64,000 nucleotides of DNA from Candidatus Zixiibacteriota bacterium (GTDB taxonomy: Bacteria > Zixibacteria > MSB-5A5 > JAABVY01). Shown here one piece after another: positions 1 through 7,994 of the stretch. How positions within the stretch are numbered: the first letter of the stretch is position 1; each line of letters opens with the position of its first letter. The DNA lies in contig WJMC01000062.1 in the NCBI GenBank assembly GCA_014728145.1, positions 558-64,557 on the forward strand, written 5' to 3'. The notes beneath the pieces are model-generated. The model did not search any database. It was not told the DNA's origin and saw only the letters and a list, made by a program, of their open reading frames with translations. Position numbers and translations under genes: made by a program.

Positions 1-3000
1 CAGGTTGATCTCGCCGGCCGGTATACCTTCAGAACCCAGGCTGTATATAAAGACCCTCATCAGGTCACCATCGACACTGTAATCCAGCTTCATGTTGCTG
101 ATATCAGCCGACTTCTCGATGTACGGCACCGATTCAGCGCGTGAGAGATCGAAGACAAGCTGAGCCGCCCCTATATTGACTTCCGAGTTGGCGGTGATAC
201 CCAGCTCACCGTAACGCTGTTGCATGATCAGGTCGGTGCTGTTAGCAAAAGCGTTCAGCTTGGCCGGAGGCGCTAATTCACCGGTGATTACCCTGACCAG
301 GAAGATCAGGTCACCGACAGTCAGCGCGCGACCATCGCCGTTGACGTCAGACGCCGCGACCTGTCCATCGTAATTGATATCGAACACCGCCGGGCCATAG
401 ATAAAATAGTTGGTATACAGCACAGCGTCGGCAATCTCATAAGGTACCGCGTTCATGTTCAGGTCACCGCGGTCATCGATCGAATCAGGATGAATGATAC
501 AGATCGAACCGTTATGCATGAGCAGACACCTGACCGGGTTGAGCTTATCACCAACCAGGCAGGAATCATCCGCGCCAACATTCGGGTAACGATCTTCATT
601 CGGGTAATTGACATCATCGAGCTCATCCCAGAACACACCATACGGATTGTAAATGATTTTATCGATGAAGAGAGAATCTCCCTTCTTGTTCGAGAAGACG
701 TTATCACCGCAATCGAACCAGTAGAAATCTACCGGGTATGTCATACCGCCGAAATTCTGATCCGAGGTGATATAGAAGTTCATGACCGCGATAGTGCCGT
801 TGATATCAAAGGCTTCGGCCGGCGGATGAGGCGCGCCATTGTTCTGGTCGGCGATAGAGATGATCCTCACCAGACCATCAGGGCAGACACCGGTACAGCC
901 ACCGACATTGCCGGTAACGTAGGTGAAGTATTCCCAGTCTTCTGTGGCATCACCGCGTGTGACATCGATCAGGGAGAACGCAGTCGGATCGAATTTTATC
1001 AAGAGATCGAAACCGCCCATCGGAGTTTCAACAGCGGTTGTAATTTCGACATTGACATAATTATTGGTCGGGACACATTCGGTCTCTTCGATCCAGATTT
1101 CGGCACAGGAGCCGGTATCGCAGTTTTCGTTGATATGGACATAATACCAGGCCGTGTCGAGATCATAGGCTTCACAGCTATCGGAGACCTTGTAGACAAA
1201 CATGATCGTGTCATTCAGAAGCGGCACGTTGAAACAGGTCTGCCATGACCCGGAATCAAAGCTTCCCGGACCCTCGACTTTTTCTACCGTGAGTTCATTG
1301 ATTTCATCATCAGGATCGGAAATGGTGATACCGTCGAAACAGACCTCCACTTCACCGCCACCTGTACCGCAGTACTCATAATACATGCTGTCAGGGTCTA
1401 CGGTAATAGTCGGAGGCTGGTTCAGGACAAGGTTGATATCGACAGTTTTTTCATCGTAATCACCGCAATGATCAGTCACACGCACCGTGATTGTAAAACT
1501 GCCGGCTCCTGAAGGTGTGTAGCATACCTGGCCATTTTGATCGATAGTAGCACCCTGGGGAGCGTTGGTCAGGCTGTATGTCAACGTATCTGCGGGCAGA
1601 TCGATATCGGTCGCGGAGACATCGAAACAGATCTCTCCCGGTTCGCACATATTCATGGTGATATCATCCGGGACAGTAAGCTCCGGGGCGTGATTGCCGG
1701 CCAGTACCAGGCAGGCCTCGGCTTCACTGTAATCACCGCAGACATCAGTAGCGCGCAATTTGATACAGTAAATTCCAAATGAATCGATCGGTATACAAGC
1801 CTGTCCGTTCTGGATAGTTCCCGAGCCGATTACGAAAGTGACTTCGGGCTCACCACCATCCGGATCGGAGGTGGTGAAATCGAAACAGTACTGATCCGGA
1901 AGATCGCAGACTTTCATGCTGGTATCGGACGGAAGACTGATCGTCGGGGGCAGGTTATAATGTATATTGACATTGATAGTATCTTCAGCAGTCGCCTGGC
2001 AATCATCGGTTGCCCGCACTATCACCTGGAAGGTCGTATCCTCTGAGGCTTCGGCCGAGAAACAGACCTGGCCGTCATCATAACTGCCGTTCGGAAGCAC
2101 TTCAACCGTGAACTGGTTGTCCGGATCGGAGATATCGGCCATGAAACAGACCTGTCCCCCTGAGACACACAACGTATCGAAAATATCATCCGGAAGCTCA
2201 ACTTCAGGTGGCATATTGACCTGGACAGTAACCACGACATCAGCAGTATCAGCAAGCTCGCACTCATCGACAACCCTGAAGCTCAGGTCGTAATCGCCGG
2301 GCTGATCCGGAAGGAAGCAGAAGAGTCCGGTCTGTGGATCGTAATTGCCATCCATTCCGTCGATTTGCTCGAAAATAAGTTCTTCATCATCTGGATCGGA
2401 ATAGCCGACCTCGATACAAACTGAATCGCCCAGCTCGCAGAAGGATGCGGTATCGAAAGGCTCGGCCGAAATAGTCGGCGGGCTGTTGAGTTCGATCGCG
2501 ATCATGATAGTATCCTGATCGATTTTACCGCACAGGTCGCGAACCCTGATAATAAATTCATAATTACCAGCCTCGAGCGGGGTGAAGCAGACTTCACCGG
2601 TCTGCGGATCGACCGCGCCAAAACCGGCTACCTTGATAAAGGTCAGGGTATCGCCGGGAAGGTCGGGATCGCCGAAATCGGTCGGACTGAAACAGACTTC
2701 CTCGAGGTCGCACAGGCTGAGTGAGTAATCAGCGGGAAGCTCGATATATGGATCATGATTCAGGCTGATTGACATAACCACCGTATCGATATCAGCCACA
2801 ACGCATTCATCTTCTACTTTGACCACGAACTGATAAGATCCTTCATCCTGCGGGAAGAAGCATACCTGGCCGGTTTCAGAATCGATCGTTCCGGGACCTT
2901 CCAGGAGCGTGAAGGTATGATTATCTGCAGAATCGGGATCATCGACTTCAGCTGTAAAACAGACAGTATCCGGATCAGAGCAGAAGTAGTAACTTGTATC

Positions 3001-4479
3001 CTGCGGAAGAGTCAGCTCCGGAGCGCTGTTCAGATCGACAGTAACGGAAACCGTATCGACCGCCTGCGATCCGCAGATCTGGTCAGTGGCAGTGATAACG
3101 ATATCGTAAGTACCATCCTGGTCAGCCATCAGGCAGACTTCTCCGGTCTGCTCATCATACGTAGCCGGGGGCGTCACATCTATCGTGACATCATCGCCCT
3201 CGTTGGCGTCAGTGGCGGAAACCGGGAAGCAAATCTCGGTCGGCTCGCAAATCAATGTATCGAAATCAGGCACAGTCACCAGCTCGGGCGGGAAATTGAC
3301 CGTCACGCCGATCGTGATCGAGTCACGCGGACAGGGTGGCGGAACCAAACCCGGACGCGCACCTTCGGTCAGAGCGCAACAGGAATCAGTCACCTTCAGG
3401 ACAAAAGTGTAACTGCCGTTTTCAACATAATCCGGCAGGAAGCAGAATGACTGTGTGGCCGGATTGAAGGAACCGTCGCCCTGTAAAAATTCGATATCGA
3501 GAGGATCGCCGTCAGGATCGAATATATCTATCGGTACACAGATCGAGTCGTAATCGCACAGGAGCGTATCGAAATCATCTGGCAAATCGATCGTGGGACG
3601 ATCATTAATTTCATAATTTATATATACTGTGTCTATGTCGAATGCGCCGGAAAGGTCAGTAGCTTTGAACACAAACATGTAAGTCGAATCAAGACCCCAG
3701 GGTAAGAAGCAGTGCTCGGTAAAGATATAGTTGTATTCATCGACCGGCTGGAAAACGCCTGTGCCCTCCAGCATTTCGACAGTAATCATCTCAGCATCAC
3801 CATTGGGATCATAAGCTTCGATCGGGATGCAGACGGAGTCTTCGTAACAGACATTTATATTGATCTCACCGGGGACTAACAAAACAGGAGGCGCGTTTTC
3901 GAAACGTACCCTGATGATATGATCATTGAAGTCACCGTCACCGCCATCCTTTAGATCTTCAAACGCAATGATATATTCATGTAATTGAGCTGTCGCGAAA
4001 ATTTTTGCATGGTCGTACTCATCGACATTGGCTGACAACTGCGTATACCATGACTCAGGACCTATCAGGTTGGGGGTTATATAGAACCCGATCGAATCGC
4101 TCGCGGTGATGGTAAAAGTGACCGAGTCGCCGGGAGCGCTCGAAGATGAAAACAACTCTGTTTTCATGGTCGTATCGGACGCGTCGTACCAGCCGGATAC
4201 AGCCGAAGAAAACGAACCCGAAACCTTTTCCAGCACCATGGAAACATTGGTTCCGTTTACAGCCGGGAAAGATTCCCATCCCAGCTCATCAGTTGCTACA
4301 TTAATAGTATAACCGAGACTGTCCAGAATTTCCTGCAGTGTCGGCTCGCCAGGGGCGAGAGAAATTAGCGAATCGCGAATATCGAGATCGCCGGGTCCTG
4401 CCATAGTAGAGGGAGCCAATAGAAGTAAACATGCAAGTGGCAGGAAAAATAGGGTAAGAAAACTACATTTCCGGCACAT
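1..4479 (-). CDS. Giant secreted surface protein (>1,490 aa; C-terminus lies beyond the window start). It is built from tandem ~85-95-aa Cys-containing repeats and has a dockerin-like double Ca-loop module at ~290-480. It is probably T9SS cargo, by paralogy with the next gene.
   Basis: The frame is open from the ATG at 4477-4479 to position 1, which is why it is missing from the ORF track. The reverse complement of 4380-4479 encodes MCRKCSFLTLFFLPLACLLLLAPSTMAGPGDLD, a signal peptide, preceded by a GGAGG RBS. Hand translation of reverse-complement segments shows recurring N-x-P-P-x-[IV]-x-L-P-D ... C repeat starts near 1965, 2215 and 2490. The reverse complement of 300-480 encodes IDDRGDLNMNAVPYEIADAVLYTNYFIYGPAVFDINYDGQ...VAASDVNGDGRALTVGDLIF, almost identical to the dockerin-like block of ORF 7995-10661. 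Confidence 0.7.
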   Translation of the reverse strand, partial: MCRKCSFLTLFFLPLACLLLLAPSTMAGPGDLDIRDSLISLAPGEPTLQEILDSLGYTINVATDELGWESFPAVNGTNVSMVLEKVSGSFSSAVSGWYDASDTTMKTELFSSSSAPGDSVTFTITASDSIGFYITPNLIGPESWYTQLSANVDEYDHAKIFATAQLHEYIIAFEDLKDGGDGDFNDHIIRVRFENAPPVLLVPGEININVCYEDSVCIPIEAYDPNGDAEMITVEMLEGTGVFQPVDEYNYIFTEHCFLPWGLDSTYMFVFKATDLSGAFDIDTVYINYEINDRPTIDLPDDFDTLLCDYDSICVPIDIFDPDGDPLDIEFLQGDGSFNPATQSFCFLPDYVENGSYTFVLKVTDSCCALTEGARPGLVPPPCPRDSITIGVTVNFPPELVTVPDFDTLICEPTEICFPVSATDANEGDDVTIDVTPPATYDEQTGEVCLMADQDGTYDIVITATDQICGSQAVDTVSVTVDLNSAPELTLPQDTSYYFCSDPDTVCFTAEVDDPDSADNHTFTLLEGPGTIDSETGQVCFFPQDEGSYQFVVKVEDECVVADIDTVVMSISLNHDPYIELPADYSLSLCDLEEVCFSPTDFGDPDLPGDTLTFIKVAGFGAVDPQTGEVCFTPLEAGNYEFIIRVRDLCGKIDQDTIMIAIELNSPPTISAEPFDTASFCELGDSVCIEVGYSDPDDEELIFEQIDGMDGNYDPQTGLFCFLPDQPGDYDLSFRVVDECELADTADVVVTVQVNMPPEVELPDDIFDTLCVSGGQVCFMADISDPDNQFTVEVLPNGSYDDGQVCFSAEASEDTTFQVIVRATDDCQATAEDTINVNIHYNLPPTISLPSDTSMKVCDLPDQYCFDFTTSDPDGGEPEVTFVIGSGTIQNGQACIPIDSFGIYCIKLRATDVCGDYSEAEACLVLAGNHAPELTVPDDITMNMCEPGEICFDVSATDIDLPADTLTYSLTNAPQGATIDQNGQVCYTPSGAGSFTITVRVTDHCGDYDEKTVDINLVLNQPPTITVDPDSMYYEYCGTGGGEVEVCFDGITISDPDDEINELTVEKVEGPGSFDSGSWQTCFNVPLLNDTIMFVYKVSDSCEAYDLDTAWYYVHINENCDTGSCAEIWIEETECVPTNNYVNVEITTAVETPMGGFDLLIKFDPTAFSLIDVTRGDATEDWEYFTYVTGNVGGCTGVCPDGLVRIISIADQNNGAPHPPAEAFDINGTIAVMNFYITSDQNFGGMTYPVDFYWFDCGDNVFSNKKGDSLFIDKIIYNPYGVFWDELDDVNYPNEDRYPNVGADDSCLVGDKLNPVRCLLMHNGSICIIHPDSIDDRGDLNMNAVPYEIADAVLYTNYFIYGPAVFDINYDGQVAASDVNGDGRALTVGDLIFLVRVITGELAPPAKLNAFANSTDLIMQQRYGELGITANSEVNIGAAQLVFDLSRAESVPYIEKSADISNMKLDYSVDGDLMRVFIYSLGSEGIPAGEINL

Positions 4480-4910
4480 AGATTTGCCTCCTTAAAGTTA
4501 CTGTTTCCCGGGTGGAATACAGCAATTCATATACCTGAAAAAATGAAAATCGTTTACAACATTAAAACAATTACGACAAGTACTTGATATCAGAAGAGTT
4601 AACGAGCTTCCCCCTCAGGATTGCTCTTAGGACACCCCTTCCAGACATAATAGGATATGTAAGTCAACTATATGTTTTTCTACACACACAAAAATATACC
4701 GCACCGCTTTAATATAAAGCCAAACTCGAGATTGTCAAGCAATATCACATACATATCAACGTCTTAACACAATTTTAACTCGCAGGATTTGCGCCTTTGA
4801 GAGCCGATTTGCAGCGCGATGTGCAGAATCTGAACAGATTTTAGTTTAGCTGTTTTAATGCAGTCTGTTTGACACTTCCTGCACGAGATTGCATACTTGT
4901 GCGGGACTTC

Positions 4911-6134
4911 TCAGTAGTCGTCGCGTGGTTTCAGCTTCGAGGGATAAAAACGGGGCTTGCCTTCTTCTAAAACTATATGTTCCAGCAGCTCATCTCTTAT
5001 CTCAGGCGCGAGCTTATCCCCTTTCAGGAGGCTGTTGAGCTTTATGCCGTGGACTACCATAACTTCATCAGACAGACCGTGAGTTTTAATGTATTGCAGG
5101 AATTCCTCTTTCTCCTTCTCGTTTTTTGAAACCGTATAACGGGCCTTGTAAGTCGGTTCGCTCTTGATCCTGATTTTGTAGTCACTGCCCCGCAGGACGG
5201 TAGCATTCATCTGCAGGGCGTATAGTTCCAGTTCTTGTTGAAGATGGTCCTTCTCGATTTTCAGCTCTGAAAGAGCCTGCTTTACTTCGATATAGCGGTT
5301 GACCAGCCGGACACCATCCTCCTGTCTAAACTCCCGCGGAGGCAATTCCTCGGTCTTATGTAAATGGACTTTCGCCGGGCAGATCGGATAATAGTCACAC
5401 CAGTCACAGAGCGCGGATTCATTGGGAGGAAGATCATCCCGGTCGACTGCTGATTCTATTTTTTTTATCAAATCCACGGTTTCGACCTTGAGCTCTTCGA
5501 GCTGATCCGGCTTTCTGCTGGAATGGATCTCTTTATCGAAAGTCAGGTAATGCCAGATCAGGTCGACAGACTCAACATCGGTATACATCTGGCTGATCCC
5601 GATCTGATACAACGCCAGCTGGCGATCCTGGTCAAAATACTTTTGCCCCATCAAAGTACCGGCGGTTTTGTAGTCATGGATCCTGTAATGGCCATCCTCG
5701 ATTTCCGAAAGCCTGTCGATGTAACCCTGAAGCTTATAATCGCCGGACTTATCCAGATCGACTACAATCCGTAACTCAAGAGCCAGGGTTTTATCTAACT
5801 CGAAAGGAGCATAGCGCCGGTAATAATCCGTGAGTGATTTTTTACCGCGCTCGAAGTAATTTTCGTATGTTCGACCGGCTTTTACTATATATATATCATC
5901 GGTAAAGTTCTGTTCCCAGCGCCGGGCGAAATCATCCAGAAGTTCCTCTTCCGTCAAAAGCCTGCGATCGATCAAGAGCTTGTACAATTTCTCGAGAGAT
6001 TCATGACAGCGCGATCCCAGAAAAGCCTCGATCGAGGTTCTCCTGACGATATCCGGTTTTTCGATATATTTGTACTTGAATTGAAGCGGGCAGTTTTCAA
6101 ATGTAGATAAACGGGAATGTGAGTAAATCGTCAT
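4911..6134 (-). CDS. Cas4/AddB-type Fe-S PD-(D/E)XK nuclease (RecB-family exonuclease fold) with a ~150-aa coiled-coil C-terminal extension
   Basis: RecB-nuclease motifs GYIDRL and IHDYKT are present. The Cys pattern is an N-terminal C (FENCPL) plus C-x2-C-x5-C (CDWCDYYPIC), the 4Fe-4S signature of Cas4/AddB. The start codon overlaps the stop of the upstream kinase gene (ATGA). Confidence 0.75.
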   Translation of the reverse strand: MTIYSHSRLSTFENCPLQFKYKYIEKPDIVRRTSIEAFLGSRCHESLEKLYKLLIDRRLLTEEELLDDFARRWEQNFTDDIYIVKAGRTYENYFERGKKSLTDYYRRYAPFELDKTLALELRIVVDLDKSGDYKLQGYIDRLSEIEDGHYRIHDYKTAGTLMGQKYFDQDRQLALYQIGISQMYTDVESVDLIWHYLTFDKEIHSSRKPDQLEELKVETVDLIKKIESAVDRDDLPPNESALCDWCDYYPICPAKVHLHKTEELPPREFRQEDGVRLVNRYIEVKQALSELKIEKDHLQQELELYALQMNATVLRGSDYKIRIKSEPTYKARYTVSKNEKEKEEFLQYIKTHGLSDEVMVVHGIKLNSLLKGDKLAPEIRDELLEHIVLEEGKPRFYPSKLKPRDDY

Positions 6135-7816
6135 TTTCGTCCTGATCGCATTATATTAAAAATCAGCCAAACGGCCAGTCCGCCTGCCAGAAGATAACCA
6201 AGAAGTGACAGTACAGGCAAGCCAAAAAGTGAAACTCCCAGCCCGGTGCTGTTGATCAGCGAGGCCGAGATCAGAACCGCCGCGATAATTAAAGCCAGAG
6301 ACAGCCGTTTAGATGACTGGTACAATTCCTCGGTCAGGTTCTCGAGCCCGCGATGCTGGAACTGCATCACGATCTTTCCCTGCCGAAGCTTTGTAGTAAT
6401 CCGGCGTGCTTCAAATGGCAATGTCGTTAAAAGCTGGCGCAGGTCGCCCAATGCGGTCACCGCGTCCTTGCGAAGGGAACGGACACCCATCTGCTTTTTG
6501 GCCATGCTCTTGATAAACGGCTCAGCCTCAGTTATCAGGTTTATCTCCGGGTCGACCATACGACCGACCTCCTCGGCGGTAATCATAGCTTTGAGAAGCA
6601 ACATGAACGAGGCCGGCAGGTGGATATTGTGTCGATAGAAGATGTCCATCGCGTCCATGCTCAAAGCTCGCATATCCATCTGCCAGAGAGGTATGCGGTG
6701 GTAGCGATAGATGAACTCGGTAATTTCGCTCTCCAAAGTCAGCCGGTCGACATCCTCCGGCACCAGGTTGAAATCCAGAAGCGTTTTAATGATTTTGCGG
6801 GCATCGTAATCTGAAATAGCTGATATCAAGTCAATCAAGAACTCCACCACCGATTCCGAAAGCTGACCGACCATACCGAAATCCAGAAGCGCGATCCGGT
6901 TTTTAGGCAGTACGAAAATATTTCCCGGATGAGGATCGCCGTGGAAAAAACGATCGATAAATATCATCTTGAGAATCGCGCGAAGCCCGTTACGAGCAAC
7001 GATTTTATTGTCGAGACCAAGTTGCTTGAGCTTATCCAGCGATGAAATCTTCGTGCCGTCGATATATTCACAGGTCAATACGCGCGAAGTAGTGAACTTC
7101 CAGCTTATCTGTGGAATGATGATATCTTCACTGTCCTGGAAATTATACTGGAAGATTTCCATGTTGCGTCCCTCGTTGAGGAAATCGGTCTCCCGGCGCG
7201 AGACCTTGGCGAGTTCATCGACCTGACCGCTGGGATCGAACCGTCGTGATTCAGGCACGAACTCCTCGAACAGCCGGGCCATATCACGCAGGATATCCAT
7301 GTCGACTTTCATGGTCTTGTTGACATTGGGGCGCTGTACTTTGACCGCTACCCGCTGGCCATCTTTTAAAGTGGCGACATGGACCTGTGACAGGGAGGCC
7401 GATGCTACCGGTTCGTGTTCGAAAGTTTCGAACACGCTGTCGAGGGAAGCCTTCAACTCGGTCTCTATGATATTTCGCACTTTGCGAAACTCGAAAGGCG
7501 GGACTTCATCCTGGAGCTTGGAAAGTTCGATCACGAGATCGAGCGGTATCAGAAACGGACGGGTCGAAAGTACCTGTCCAAACTTGATGAAGGTCGGTCC
7601 TAGTTCCTCAAGCGCCAGCCTGATCCGGACTGCATAGTTCATCTTGGTCAGCTTCTCGTCTTTTTCAGACAGTCTCCCCCGTCCGAGTTTAAGGCGAGCG
7701 GCGATATTCAATCGTCCCAGAACCTCCCCAAAACCGTATTTAGCCAGAACCTGCACGATCTGGCGATAGCGCTTGAAAAGTTCGAGGCGATGTTTGAGGC
7801 TGTACTGTTTGAACAT
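6131..7816 (-). CDS. UbiB/ABC1 (AarF-domain) atypical protein kinase with a C-terminal transmembrane tail
   Basis: Carries an ABC1-family N-terminal signature (KYGFGEV..., ...ASLSQVHVATLKDGQRVAVKVQRP...). The hydrophobic C-terminal ~50 aa are typical of UbiB proteins. Confidence 0.85.
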   Translation of the reverse strand: MFKQYSLKHRLELFKRYRQIVQVLAKYGFGEVLGRLNIAARLKLGRGRLSEKDEKLTKMNYAVRIRLALEELGPTFIKFGQVLSTRPFLIPLDLVIELSKLQDEVPPFEFRKVRNIIETELKASLDSVFETFEHEPVASASLSQVHVATLKDGQRVAVKVQRPNVNKTMKVDMDILRDMARLFEEFVPESRRFDPSGQVDELAKVSRRETDFLNEGRNMEIFQYNFQDSEDIIIPQISWKFTTSRVLTCEYIDGTKISSLDKLKQLGLDNKIVARNGLRAILKMIFIDRFFHGDPHPGNIFVLPKNRIALLDFGMVGQLSESVVEFLIDLISAISDYDARKIIKTLLDFNLVPEDVDRLTLESEITEFIYRYHRIPLWQMDMRALSMDAMDIFYRHNIHLPASFMLLLKAMITAEEVGRMVDPEINLITEAEPFIKSMAKKQMGVRSLRKDAVTALGDLRQLLTTLPFEARRITTKLRQGKIVMQFQHRGLENLTEELYQSSKRLSLALIIAAVLISASLINSTGLGVSLFGLPVLSLLGYLLAGGLAVWLIFNIMRSGRK

Positions 7817-7940
7817 AGACTGAGTCCCGGTTTATCTATTACTTCGGACGAAAACCGCAGGTTCATTACTGATACGCACAGAGATCATCATTGTTCTGTG
7901 AACAGTTTTAAAATGCGTCCTGCCGGATTGTAAAGCAAAC

Positions 7941-7977
7941 AAAAAAAAGAGAGAGGCAAGCGCCTCTCTCTTTTTTA
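7941..7977 (-). terminator. Rho-independent terminator of the 888-aa T9SS-cargo gene
   Basis: A GC-rich hairpin (AGAGAGAGGC-aagc-GCCTCTCTCT) is flanked by an A-run and a T-run. It sits immediately 3' of the stop at 7995 on the minus strand. Confidence 0.7.
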
Positions 7978-7994
7978 TCGTTATGTCAACCAGA

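Noticed and set aside
459..4312. Many 60-250-aa ORFs in the six-frame track (for example 490-1248 +, 2917-3450 +, 4106-4312 +)
   Set aside because: All lie inside or antisense to the single long minus-strand frame that runs from 4479 to the window edge. That frame has a clear signal peptide, an RBS and a domain structure, so these short ORFs are treated as spurious.
4869..4897. TTGACA-N17-CATACT sigma-70-like promoter on the plus strand
   Set aside because: It would fire antisense into the minus-strand nuclease gene, with no plus-strand ORF downstream. It is probably a chance match.
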